DNA of 64,000 bases from an uncultured Acidobacteriota bacterium. GTDB taxonomy: Bacteria; Acidobacteriota; Thermoanaerobaculia; Multivoradales; JAHEKO01. A program made the translations under genes and the position numbers. Of this stretch, positions 1 through 8,726 are shown piece by piece (positions within the stretch are counted from its first letter, which is position 1; each line of letters opens with the position of its first letter). A model generated the notes under the pieces. That model was not told where the DNA came from. It saw nothing but the letters and a program-made list of their open reading frames with translations, and did not search any database. The stretch spans positions 1,472,001-1,536,000 of the forward strand of contig CAVQNG010000003.1 of the NCBI GenBank assembly GCA_963713825.1, in the 5' to 3' direction.

Positions 1-486
1 CCGCGGGATGAAGGGGGCAAGGGGCGCATCGGTGTAGCGCACGGCTACTATCAGCAACTGGGTCCAGGTGCGGCACTGGTCGAGAGCGTGCGGTACAACT
101 GGCAGATTACACGTCAGACGCTGTCGGTTCTCGGCAAGATCGTTACCGGCCAGTTGGCGGCCAAGAGCGCCCTTTCCGGTCCCATCGAGATTGCGGCTCT
201 GAGTGGAGCGGCCGCCCGGACGGGACTCAAGCACCTGGTGCAGCTGATGGGTCTGATCAGTATCAGCATCGCGATTCTGAATCTCCTACCGATCCCGGTC
301 CTGGACGGTGGTCAGATCACGATTCTCATGTTCGAAGGCCTGCGACGAAAAGACCTCTCGCTCCGCACCAAGGAGAGAATCAACCAGGTGGGCTTCGTCC
401 TCATCGTGATGTTGATGGTCGTGGTGCTATATTTCGACGTGGCCAAGAACATCCCACCGGGGCTCCTCCCGGGATCGGATAGCTGA
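1..486 (+). CDS. rseP: RIP metalloprotease RseP (site-2 protease), 5'-truncated by window edge
   Basis: Frame open from base 1; LSGPIEI and NLLPIPVLDGG motifs of M50 proteases; C-terminal TM helix. Confidence 0.93.
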   Translation, partial: PRDEGGKGRIGVAHGYYQQLGPGAALVESVRYNWQITRQTLSVLGKIVTGQLAAKSALSGPIEIAALSGAAARTGLKHLVQLMGLISISIAILNLLPIPVLDGGQITILMFEGLRRKDLSLRTKERINQVGFVLIVMLMVVVLYFDVAKNIPPGLLPGSDS

Positions 487-517
487 TCTCAAGGTTCTCG
501 AGGGAAAGGTAAGAACG

Positions 518-1060
518 ATGGCAGCTACGCTTGTCGTTGGTGAGGAAGCACCCAACTTCGATCTGACCTCGACAGAAGACGTGGTTCTCATGCTGTGCGA
601 CGAGGTGCCTCGCATGGCCGTGTTGCTGTACTTCTTCGACGGCGATGGTGAGGGAGTGCGGACAGACTTGAAGAGTCTCGCCGCTGAGCAGCACAAGCTC
701 AAGGAGCGAGGCGCTGTGATCTTGGGTGTTTCGCCGGCCAAGCTGGTCGCACTCAAGGACCTGCAACGGGAGCTACACTTGCAGTTTCCACTCCTGCGGG
801 ACGATAGGGACTTCTCGTCTCGGTATGGCGTGGCTGTCGCTTCCGAAGGCGAATCGGCAGCGCCGGCTCTGTTCTTGGTGGGTCGGGATCAGAAGGTTCT
901 GTGGCTGGCCAGTCCTGTGAGGTCGATCGCGAGCGTCCTGGGCGACATCGACAATGTTCTGCAGACCCTTCCCAGCTCAACAGTCAACTATCCCAAGACG
1001 GTCGTCAACCGCGTAGTGAACTGGTGGGTCAACAAGATCCGCTCTCCCCGCGCAGCCTGA
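518..1060 (+). CDS. AhpC/TSA (Bcp-like) redoxin-fold protein lacking the peroxidatic Cys motif
   Basis: GEEAPNFDL...VLLYFF...VILGVS...LQFPLLRD...YGV...PALFLVG pattern of Bcp/Prx; PxxxTxxC absent; purine-rich RBS upstream. Confidence 0.8.
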   Translation: MAATLVVGEEAPNFDLTSTEDVVLMLCDEVPRMAVLLYFFDGDGEGVRTDLKSLAAEQHKLKERGAVILGVSPAKLVALKDLQRELHLQFPLLRDDRDFSSRYGVAVASEGESAAPALFLVGRDQKVLWLASPVRSIASVLGDIDNVLQTLPSSTVNYPKTVVNRVVNWWVNKIRSPRAA

Positions 1061-1077
1061 ACACCACCCCCCACCCT

Positions 1078-1490
1078 GGGGTTGAAGCGCCCAGTGCATT
1101 GCGCCGGGCGGTCTTTGAGGGCCTGGGGTTGAAGCGTCCGTCGCTTGCTCCGGCCGATCCTTGAGGGTGTGGGGGCTTGAGCCCTGGATCGTTGGTGGTT
1201 CTGGGCCACGCCCGAGGCTTTCCCCCGTCGTCCTGGGCCTCCGGCTGGAGACCTTCGAACGCGGCCTCGCACCTCTGTTACTCCCTTACCCCCTCCTAAG
1301 CCCTTATTGCCTTCAGCGGTGCCGTAGGTTCGTTCGGGTGGTTCGACAGGGGGGCTCTCGACAAGCGCAGCGCAAGAGCCATCGAAGAGCACATCAGATC
1401 CGGCGCGCCGGAGAGCGCAGGTGGTGGCCCACCCGTCGCAGTCTGAGTAGCCACCGCCGTCCCCCTGCGGACCACACGGACGGGCCTCCA
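1078..1490 (+). repeat. Composite intergenic repeat, copy 1 (module A 1113-1164; 180-nt structured core 1311-1490)
   Basis: Core aligns ungapped to 12901-13080 (143/180 identical by hand count) and 56710-56889; imperfect inverted repeat 1325-1353 / 1461-1488. Confidence 0.92.
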
Positions 1491-1513
1491 ATCGATAAAG
1501 GTAGTGGCGAGGA

Positions 1514-2365
1514 TCAGTCCAGGAAGGAGCGCAGCAGCTCGAGGTCGCGGCGATGGCCTTCGCTGTCATCACCCATTGGGGTCTCCAGGATCATGGGTCT
1601 ACCCTGCCAACGGGGATCGTTGACCAGGTGCTCGAAGATCTCGAGGCCGAGGTGACCCTCACCCAGGTTGGCGTGGCGGTCCCGCTTCGAGCCCAGCGGA
1701 TGCTGTGAGTCGTTGAGGTGGAAGCAGCTCGGCTCGTCGGGTCCGAAGAGATCTACGACTTGCTGGAAGAAGGCCTCATACCCCTCTTCGACGTCGAGCG
1801 GGTGGCCGGCGGCAAAGGCGTGGCAGGTATCCACGCAGAGACCGAGATTGCCTTCGCAATCGGCCCTTTCGACGATGGCTGCCAGCTGCTCCAACTGGTG
1901 GCCAATGAGGGTGCCCTGACCGGCGGTGTTCTCGAGCAGGACCCTGGTTCGGCATTCGGGTCGAGCGGCGTACACTTCGCCGAGGGACTCGGCGATGCGA
2001 TCGATCCCTTTCTCTTCGCCAGCGCCGAGGTGGGCCCCGGGATGCACCACGAGCCCGGGGATCCCCAGTCGGTGGCAGCGATCCAACTCGTCACCCAGGG
2101 TCGAACGTGAGCGCCGGAGGTTGTCCGGATTGGTCGCTGCGAGGTTCACCAGATAGGTGGAATGGGCCACGAGAGTCGAGATCTCGCTGTCGCGGAGCTC
2201 TTGCGCGAAGCGCTCCACGTCGGTCTCCGTGAGCGGCTTTCCCTCCCACTGACTGGCGTTCTTGACGAAGATCTGAATGGCATCACAGGCCAGATCGGAG
2301 CCTCTCGGGACAGCCCGGAAGACACCGCCTGCGATGGAAACATGGGCACCGAGTAGGGGCTGCAT
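1514..2365 (-). CDS. nfo: Endonuclease IV (AP endonuclease)
   Basis: GAHVSIAGG, HSTYLVNLA, HPG, LENTAGQG, DTCHAFAAG, HLNDS, DRH, ILETP motifs. Confidence 0.96.
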   Translation of the reverse strand: MQPLLGAHVSIAGGVFRAVPRGSDLACDAIQIFVKNASQWEGKPLTETDVERFAQELRDSEISTLVAHSTYLVNLAATNPDNLRRSRSTLGDELDRCHRLGIPGLVVHPGAHLGAGEEKGIDRIAESLGEVYAARPECRTRVLLENTAGQGTLIGHQLEQLAAIVERADCEGNLGLCVDTCHAFAAGHPLDVEEGYEAFFQQVVDLFGPDEPSCFHLNDSQHPLGSKRDRHANLGEGHLGLEIFEHLVNDPRWQGRPMILETPMGDDSEGHRRDLELLRSFLD

Positions 2366-2395
2366 GAGAAGGCGTATCTTGACATATCTACGACA

Positions 2396-3202
2396 GTGGA
2401 GAGAACGGACAGCGGCCCCTTGGGTCTGTCGCTGCCGGCTGCTAGACTCCCGCCGATGCTGAGGGGGGTTACTCGAGCCTTAGGTTGGCTGACCTACGTT
2501 GTCCTGCTGCTGGTGATCTTCACCTTCGCTGGCTACTTCTCGTTCAACCTGTTCGTGCGCAGCGGTGTGACGCAGGTGCCGGAGTTGGTGGGCATCCCGG
2601 AAGCTGAGATTGAAGGCCGCTTGATCGATCATGGACTGATCCTGCGCCGTCTTTGGGCTTCGGATCGATTCGATGATGAAGTGCCTGCGGGTCACGTCTT
2701 ACAGCAATCCCCTCGCTCGGCCAGCCTTGTCAAGCGCGGTGCTGCGGTCGAGGTCGTGGTATCGCTGGGCCCGGAGCGCCTGTCCGTTCCGCTGATCGAG
2801 GGCCAGGCCCTGCAGGAGGCGCAGGTCACGCTGACCGCATCCGGGCTGAGCGTTGGGCGGGTCTTCAACGTCGTCAGCCGGGGCACGACCCCGGGAACCG
2901 TCGTTCTGCAAGCGCCCTCAGCCGAGGCCCAGGCGGGCCGGGGCAGTCCTGTGGACCTCTTCCTGTCTTCGGCCAGCCGTCATGGTACTTTCGTGATGCC
3001 CGATCTCACGTACCGTAACTTCGAAAGAGTGCGCCACTTCTTCGAGCGCCGGGGGTTTCGTCTGGGAAGCGTCAAATTCGAGCCCTACGAGGGCGTTTCA
3101 CCAGGAATCGTTCTGCGCCAGTATCCTCTACCAGGGCACCAACTGCGGAGGCAGGATGTCATCTCGCTGGTGGTGACCACATTCGAGCGTGAAGGAGTCT
3201 GA
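2396..3202 (+). CDS. PASTA-domain membrane protein (3 PASTA repeats)
   Basis: TM helix followed by VPELVG/VPLIEG/MPDLTY repeats with G.V..Q.P motifs; directly upstream of rpe. Confidence 0.88.
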   Translation: MERTDSGPLGLSLPAARLPPMLRGVTRALGWLTYVVLLLVIFTFAGYFSFNLFVRSGVTQVPELVGIPEAEIEGRLIDHGLILRRLWASDRFDDEVPAGHVLQQSPRSASLVKRGAAVEVVVSLGPERLSVPLIEGQALQEAQVTLTASGLSVGRVFNVVSRGTTPGTVVLQAPSAEAQAGRGSPVDLFLSSASRHGTFVMPDLTYRNFERVRHFFERRGFRLGSVKFEPYEGVSPGIVLRQYPLPGHQLRRQDVISLVVTTFEREGV

Positions 3203-3206
3203 ATCG

Positions 3207-3869
3207 ATGTTGCTTGCACCCTCCATCCTGGCGGCAGATCTGGCGGATCTCAAGACCGCTGCCGAGCAATGCAGCCGAGGTGGTGCCGACTTCATTCACG
3301 TCGATGTCATGGATGGACATTTCGTCCCGAACCTGACAATCGGCGTCCCCGTGGTCGAGGCTCTGGCAGCCTCTAGCGAGATACCTCTCGAAGTACACCT
3401 GATGGTCAGCAATCCCGAGCGCTTGCTAGAAGAGTACCTGGATGCTGGTGCGCGGTGGCTTTCGGTGCATTGGGAGGCCGCGACTCATTTGGATCGACTG
3501 ATCGGCCAGATTCAGGAGCGTGGTGCTGCCGCTGGTGTGGTCTTGAATCCTGCCACTCCGATCGAGGTTCTCGAGGCTGTGTTGCCGAGGCTGGATTTCG
3601 TCCTCCTGATGTCGGTGAATCCCGGCTTCGCCGGGCAAGCTTTCCTGCCTTACGTCCTGGAAAAGGCACGGAGATTGCGTCACCTCATCGAGCGGCGACA
3701 GGTGGGCGTGACAATCGCCATGGACGGTGGGATCGGTATCGACAACATCGGGCAAGTCGTGGCTTCTGGAGTGGATTATTGTGTCGCAGGATCGGCTGTT
3801 TTCGCGAGTGAGGATCCTGTAGCGAGCATGCAAGAGCTCAGGCGGCAGGCAGAATCGGAGCGGGCATGA
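3207..3869 (+). CDS. rpe: Ribulose-phosphate 3-epimerase
   Basis: APSILAAD, HVDVMDGHFVPN, HLM, MSVNPGFAGQ, DGG motifs; ATG at 3207 after GAAGGAG. Confidence 0.96.
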   Translation: MLLAPSILAADLADLKTAAEQCSRGGADFIHVDVMDGHFVPNLTIGVPVVEALAASSEIPLEVHLMVSNPERLLEEYLDAGARWLSVHWEAATHLDRLIGQIQERGAAAGVVLNPATPIEVLEAVLPRLDFVLLMSVNPGFAGQAFLPYVLEKARRLRHLIERRQVGVTIAMDGGIGIDNIGQVVASGVDYCVAGSAVFASEDPVASMQELRRQAESERA

Positions 3870-4681
3870 AGATATCGAGCGCTCATCGGCACTTTCGGCA
3901 CTCCCTGTCGCTGACAGTCGCGTTGCTGCTGGTCCTGACTTTGTCGGTCGCGGGCTGCAAGAGCTCCGGCAAATCCGGCATCGACAACGACCCGATACTC
4001 CAGTTGGCTGCTGATGAATCGTTGCAGCGGGGCCGAGAGTTGATGGAGGCGGGCAAATACGGGCCGGCATCTGAATATCTGGCGCATGCCTTCGAAGTAG
4101 CCCCCAACTCGGCGAGTGGTCGTGAGGCGCTGCTGCTGGCAGCCGACGCGATGTACCTCGACGGCGGTGTAGCCAACTACATCAAGGCCCACGCCAAGTA
4201 CACGGATTTCCAGAATCGATTTCCGACCAGCGATCGCAGCCACTACGTTCAGTTCCAGATTGCCAACTGCCTGGAGAAGCAGACACGCAAGCCCGATCGT
4301 GATCAGACTCCGACCAGGGATGCCCTGTATGCCTACGAAGAGCTCGTGCGTCTCTATCCAACGAGCGAACATGTCGATGAAGGCCAGCTGAAGATCGTCG
4401 AACTTCGGCAAGACATGGCGGAGCACGAGTTCATCGTGGGGCGCTACAACATGACTCGAAAGCTCTGGCCCGCTGCTGTGCACCGGTTCGACGGCCTGCT
4501 GGAGCAGTATCCGGACTACCTGGAGACCGACAAGATCCTGTTCTACAAGGGTTCGGCCCAGCGGCGCTGGAAGAAGTGTGATGAAGCCGATCAGACTTTC
4601 GCCGAGCTGCGGTCCGAGTACCCGGAGAGCAAGTACATTAAACAGGTGCCGGACAAGAGGATCAAGGGATGCGACGAATGA
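3866..4681 (+). CDS. bamD: Outer membrane protein assembly lipoprotein BamD
   Basis: Lipobox SVAGC, TPR repeats, DRDQTPTRDA motif, YP.S repeats. Confidence 0.88.
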   Translation: MKISSAHRHFRHSLSLTVALLLVLTLSVAGCKSSGKSGIDNDPILQLAADESLQRGRELMEAGKYGPASEYLAHAFEVAPNSASGREALLLAADAMYLDGGVANYIKAHAKYTDFQNRFPTSDRSHYVQFQIANCLEKQTRKPDRDQTPTRDALYAYEELVRLYPTSEHVDEGQLKIVELRQDMAEHEFIVGRYNMTRKLWPAAVHRFDGLLEQYPDYLETDKILFYKGSAQRRWKKCDEADQTFAELRSEYPESKYIKQVPDKRIKGCDE

Positions 4682-5499
4682 GCCGTGGAACCAGCTGGTG
4701 GGTGATGTCGAGTGTCGTTTTCTTGGGCGCCTGTTCGTCATTCAGTGGTACCCAACCCGACCCCGCTGTGCAAAGCGACCTGGAGCAGATGAAGCAGCGG
4801 ATTCTCGATCTCCAGGAGAAGGCCGCCATGGCCGAGGTAGAAATGGAGCGCTTGCGGCAGCAGGTAGCCAGATTGGAAGCTCGACCGCAAGTCGTGCAGC
4901 CCGTCGTGGAGGTGGTCGAGCCCGAGCTGGTCTTCGAACGGCCAGCACCTGAGCCCGGATGGCAGGGCGGAAATACCCAGCAGGCGGGTGTGTTGGAGGA
5001 ATCGGATCTGCCGCTCGTTCAGGAGTCGCCAGCCTTACAAGAGCCCACGTCGGGGTCCACTGCAGCGACCCCCGAGAATGCTGCCGGGGCGAGCTCGAGT
5101 TCTACAGCCACCGAGCCGGTCGTTCCTGCGGCTCAGGCACTCTACGACCGGGGGTACACGCTCTATCACCAGGGCCGATATCTAGACGCTGAAGCGAGCT
5201 TTCAGCGTTTCCTGCAGGCTTATCCGACGACCGATCTGTCGGACAATGCGCAGTTCTGGATCGGCGAGAGTCGCTACGCACGAGGCGATATATCAGGCGC
5301 CTTGTCGGCCTTTCGCGAAACACTCCAGCTGTATCCTGGAGGCAACAAGGTTCCTGACGCCCTGGTGAAGGAAGGCGACTGTCTAGCTGGTATGGGCGAT
5401 CGGGACGGTGCCCGGCAGAGCTACGAGGAGGTCGTGCGGCGATTTCCTGGATCAGCGGCTGCTGTCATGGCCAGCGAGCGCGTCGCTGATCTCCAGTAG
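4678..5499 (+). CDS. cpoB: Tol-Pal system protein CpoB/YbgF
   Basis: Lipobox FLGAC, coiled coil, C-terminal TPR with LSDNAQFWIGES and NKVPDALVK. Confidence 0.88.
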   Translation: MSRGTSWWVMSSVVFLGACSSFSGTQPDPAVQSDLEQMKQRILDLQEKAAMAEVEMERLRQQVARLEARPQVVQPVVEVVEPELVFERPAPEPGWQGGNTQQAGVLEESDLPLVQESPALQEPTSGSTAATPENAAGASSSSTATEPVVPAAQALYDRGYTLYHQGRYLDAEASFQRFLQAYPTTDLSDNAQFWIGESRYARGDISGALSAFRETLQLYPGGNKVPDALVKEGDCLAGMGDRDGARQSYEEVVRRFPGSAAAVMASERVADLQ

Positions 5500-5609
5500 G
5501 TAGGGTTGAGGGTCTTCCCTGGGTTTGGCTTTGCAGAACGTTGTTCCAGTGGAGGATCTGGAGTCGAGGAGCCTCCAAGCAAGAGCAGGGGTGCTTGTGG
5601 ATGGGTTCC

Positions 5610-5638
5610 TTGACAGGCCCCAAAATAGTGTGTACGTT
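5610..5638 (+). promoter_or_regulatory. Sigma-70-type promoter for LysM gene
   Basis: TTGACA (5610-5615), 17-nt spacer, TACGTT (5633-5638). Confidence 0.6.
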
Positions 5639-5711
5639 TCGTTTTGGATCGTAACGGACTCATTCTAGTTGCTTTACGCGTTTGCAAGAGGAATTCTAAG
5701 GAGGTCCAGGT

Positions 5712-6866
5712 ATGTCGCCAAGCCGCCTTATTTGCCTGGCTCTGTCGGTGCTGTTGATGACCACGGCCGCCGGCCTTGTCGCGGATGAGACACCACCCAA
5801 GCCTCTTCATATGGTCGGGGATCATTGGACGGCTTGGAACCCGCCAACCTCGATACCAGAGGGCACAGAGGTCTACATTGTGCAGCGTGGAGACACGCTC
5901 TGGGATTTGGCCACACAGTTCTATGGGGATCCCTATCTCTGGCCACAGCTTTGGGAACGTAACAGCTACATTCTGGACGCCCATTGGATCTACCCAGGTG
6001 ACCCATTGGTCGTCGGTGTCGAAGTCACACCCGTCGGAGACGTTCTTTCGCCGGACGACGCCGATACCGAAGACATGGCGTCGCAAGATGACGCTAGTGG
6101 CCTAGACACCCTGGCCGCGCCTCCGATGCAGCTCGGCAGTGAATCCGACATCTACTGCAGCGGATTTATCGGCCCCATCGGCCAGGAGTTCGATTTCTCG
6201 ATAATCGGGTCGGAGTACTCGGGATCGTCCTACGATGACCCCCTGAAGGCGGGGTACGGCTCTCGGGAAGGCTACATCATGGACCTGAGTCTCGGTGACA
6301 TCGTCTACATCAGTGGTGGCCGGGAGGCTGGTCTGATGCCGGGTTCGCTTTTCACGGTTGTCGAGTCGAAGGGCGTCGTCAAGCACCCCGTTGGCAAAGC
6401 GACGCTTGGCGAGCACTACCGCTACAATGGCCGGGTTCGGATCCTGTCGACGCAAGACACTACTGCCATCGCGGAGATAGCGCACTCTTGTCATCCGATT
6501 TCCGTCGGCGCTGTCCTGATGCCCTTCACGCCCGAGCCAGTTCCACTCGCTCGGTACTCGGGGATGGTCGGTCTCAATGATCCGGTCACCGAGGAGGCTC
6601 TAGTAGACGCTCCGATCATCGTCTTGTCCGATGCCGGCATTCTCTCACTGGGCCAGGGACACGTTGTCTATATCGACCGTGGTTCCGATGAGGTTGCACC
6701 AGGGGACCTGTTCACGATCTACCGTCCGACGCCGTCGGAGATTCCGCCATTGATGATTGGCGAATTGGCTGTTCTGTCGGTCGGCGAGACTACCTCGGTA
6801 GCCAAGATCCTGGACTCGCGTCAGGTGGTCCACGTCGGTGATCGGCTCTCTCCGAGGGTCGACTGA
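5712..6866 (+). CDS. Secreted LysM peptidoglycan-binding protein, TsaP-like
   Basis: Signal peptide; YIVQRGDTLWDLA...PYLWPQLW...HWIYPGD LysM domain; beta-rich C-terminus; RBS AGGAGG. Confidence 0.8.
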   Translation: MSPSRLICLALSVLLMTTAAGLVADETPPKPLHMVGDHWTAWNPPTSIPEGTEVYIVQRGDTLWDLATQFYGDPYLWPQLWERNSYILDAHWIYPGDPLVVGVEVTPVGDVLSPDDADTEDMASQDDASGLDTLAAPPMQLGSESDIYCSGFIGPIGQEFDFSIIGSEYSGSSYDDPLKAGYGSREGYIMDLSLGDIVYISGGREAGLMPGSLFTVVESKGVVKHPVGKATLGEHYRYNGRVRILSTQDTTAIAEIAHSCHPISVGAVLMPFTPEPVPLARYSGMVGLNDPVTEEALVDAPIIVLSDAGILSLGQGHVVYIDRGSDEVAPGDLFTIYRPTPSEIPPLMIGELAVLSVGETTSVAKILDSRQVVHVGDRLSPRVD

Positions 6867-6906
6867 GTCGCGCCGGAATCCGGCGATCATCGAGCGAAAA
6901 CACGTC

Positions 6907-6934
6907 TTGATCTGACCCCGTGCTGTGGTATTCT
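6907..6934 (+). promoter_or_regulatory. Possible sigma-70 promoter (extended -10)
   Basis: TTGATC, 16 nt, TG-G-TATTCT upstream of Fis-like gene. Confidence 0.45.
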
Positions 6935-6963
6935 GAGCGCTCCTCAGAAGACACGGGGTTGGT

Positions 6964-7236
6964 GTGGTGACGAAGCAGAATCTAAACGGACGACTCTTTC
7001 AGCTTGTCGATGAACTGGTGCGTCGAGGTGTAACCCTCGACCAGGCCAAGCGTGAATTCGAGAAGCAGTACATCGTCGCCATGCTGCGCACGAACGAGGG
7101 CAACCTGACTCGAACGGCAAAAACCATGGGTGTCCACCGGAATACCTTGCGCAACAAGGTCTGCGATCTGGGTATCGTCGCCGGCGATTACGTAGCCCCC
7201 GCGTCGAGCCGTCGGCGTCGCTCGCAGCGACACTGA
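6964..7236 (+). CDS. Stand-alone Fis-family HTH protein
   Basis: FEKQYI..ML....GN.T.TAK.MGVHRNTLRNK, a Fis/HTH_8 signature. Confidence 0.85.
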   Translation: MVTKQNLNGRLFQLVDELVRRGVTLDQAKREFEKQYIVAMLRTNEGNLTRTAKTMGVHRNTLRNKVCDLGIVAGDYVAPASSRRRRSQRH

Positions 7237-7424
7237 AATTCAAGTCCACACGTGCATCAACCCTCGAGCCGAAGGATTCGGTTCGGGTTTCTGTCTGCCA
7301 ACATGGCGGTTCGGAGACGCCAAACTGCCACCCTCCGAGGCGATGTCGAGGCGAGCTGAGACCGAATCCAAGACCCTCGAAAAGCCTGTAAATCATTGCG
7401 CATTGTAGGTGTGACTCGATCCCA

Positions 7425-7440
7425 TGGCACACAGTTTGCT
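7425..7440 (+). promoter_or_regulatory. Sigma-54 (-24/-12) promoter for lytic transglycosylase
   Basis: TGGCAC-ACAGT-TTGCT, exact consensus, in a ~350-bp intergenic gap. Confidence 0.78.
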
Positions 7441-7592
7441 AAACTGGGTGTCGAGGGCACACATAGACGCCCGGGCGGCGGCATCGAGGGGAGGAACCCG
7501 ATCGACCGCCGGACTCTCCAAGAACTAACTAGGCCAGATTCTCGTAGAACCCGAATCACTCTGGTTTCAGAGTCATTGCATTGCAGACGCCC

Positions 7593-8351
7593 ATGTCCAT
7601 CGAAGCAATAGAGCCCGCAGCGAAGAAGCTGTTCAAGCGCAGTCGCACCATGCGGGTGGTGATCGCCACGGCTCTGTTTCTGGTCGTCTCCTTTAATTCG
7701 CCGCCGACGCTGCCATCCGTGCCTGACTCCAGACCGGAGCCCCCGAGCCCTGAAGAGATCTACCTGCTGGAAGAGGTGGCCGAGTGGGTGATGGGCAAAC
7801 CGTTGACGGAAGAGTTCAACGCCTTCAGCGAGGCGGATGTCGTCGCGGCGGTCCGTTCGCGGCCGCGAAGCTTCGAGCTGTTCAGAAAGTACGGTGAGGA
7901 AGCCTCACGATGGGATCTGGTGCAGAGCCTGCCCTACGGCGACCTCATCCGATCTACAGCGCAGCGCTATCAAGTTGACAGCCTCCTACTCGCCTCGATG
8001 GTCGAGGCCGAGTCGGGCTTCAATCCGTACGCCATGTCCCCTCAGGGAGCGCTGGGGCTGATGCAGATCATGCCCGAGACCGCCAACCCCTATTCGGTCG
8101 ACGACCTGCTCGAGCCAGCCGTCAACATCGATCTCGGTGCCCGCTATCTCGCCAGGTTGCTCAGGGAGTTCGATGGAGATGTGACTCTCGCCCTGGCCGG
8201 CTACAACTCCGGTCCCGGCAACGTCCGACGGTTCGGTGGTATGCCGCCCTTTCGGGAGACGCGAGACTACGTGGATCGTGTGCTGAGCCGCTACGTCGAT
8301 CACCACCGAGACATCTGGCAGTCATCCGGCGACCAGGACTTCCTGTTCTAA
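7593..8351 (+). CDS. Membrane-anchored lytic transglycosylase (SLT domain)
   Basis: AESGFNP.A.S..GALGLMQIMP, NI..GARYL, ALAGYNSG, ETRDYV motifs. Confidence 0.92.
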   Translation: MSIEAIEPAAKKLFKRSRTMRVVIATALFLVVSFNSPPTLPSVPDSRPEPPSPEEIYLLEEVAEWVMGKPLTEEFNAFSEADVVAAVRSRPRSFELFRKYGEEASRWDLVQSLPYGDLIRSTAQRYQVDSLLLASMVEAESGFNPYAMSPQGALGLMQIMPETANPYSVDDLLEPAVNIDLGARYLARLLREFDGDVTLALAGYNSGPGNVRRFGGMPPFRETRDYVDRVLSRYVDHHRDIWQSSGDQDFLF

Positions 8352-8401
8352 CTGGCAGTAGCTAGAAGGACTCTGTTGGAGGGACCCCCAAGGGGATCGT
8401 T

Positions 8402-8593
8402 CTACGGGGTTTTGGTTTCCGAGTTGTCGGTTGCGGCGTCTTCCTGATCCGCCGAGTCGCTATTGCTTTTCAGGCCACTCTTGAAGTTGCGTATCCCCTC
8501 ACCGAGGCCTTTGCCGAGCTGCGGCAGCTTCGAGGCTCCGAAGATGATGATGACGATCAGCAAGATGACGAGCAGCTCTTGGAATCCTGGCAT
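8402..8593 (-). CDS. tatA: Twin-arginine translocase subunit TatA/E
   Basis: [22 protein letters not shown]; RBS AGGAG. Confidence 0.95.
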   Translation of the reverse strand: MPGFQELLVILLIVIIIFGASKLPQLGKGLGEGIRNFKSGLKSNSDSADQEDAATDNSETKTP

Positions 8594-8726
8594 CAGGCTC
8601 TTTCTCCTCTGAGAATGCGGCCCGTAACCTGTTCGGGCGCTCGAAGTCTAGCAGATTCTATTTCCCGGACCCCTGGGCGTTTTTGGTCGGTTCGGCCCAA
8701 TCGGGGCCTGTGCCAGCAATGTCCTG

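Noticed and set aside
1325-1488. Core element as group II intron domain V/VI, 6S RNA, tRNA or hammerhead/HDV ribozyme
   Set aside because: No AGC/CGC domain V hairpin, cloverleaf or CUGAUGA/GAAA core seen; four dispersed copies do not fit 6S. An Rfam search is still needed.
988-1655. Similar ORFs across the repeat copies (e.g. GPQGDGGGYSD on -, VRVVRQG...PP on +; also 12578-13242, 56687-57225)
   Set aside because: They arise from the shared DNA repeat. Starts, stops and lengths differ between copies, several overlap real genes, and substitutions track base pairing. A small peptide is not strictly excluded.
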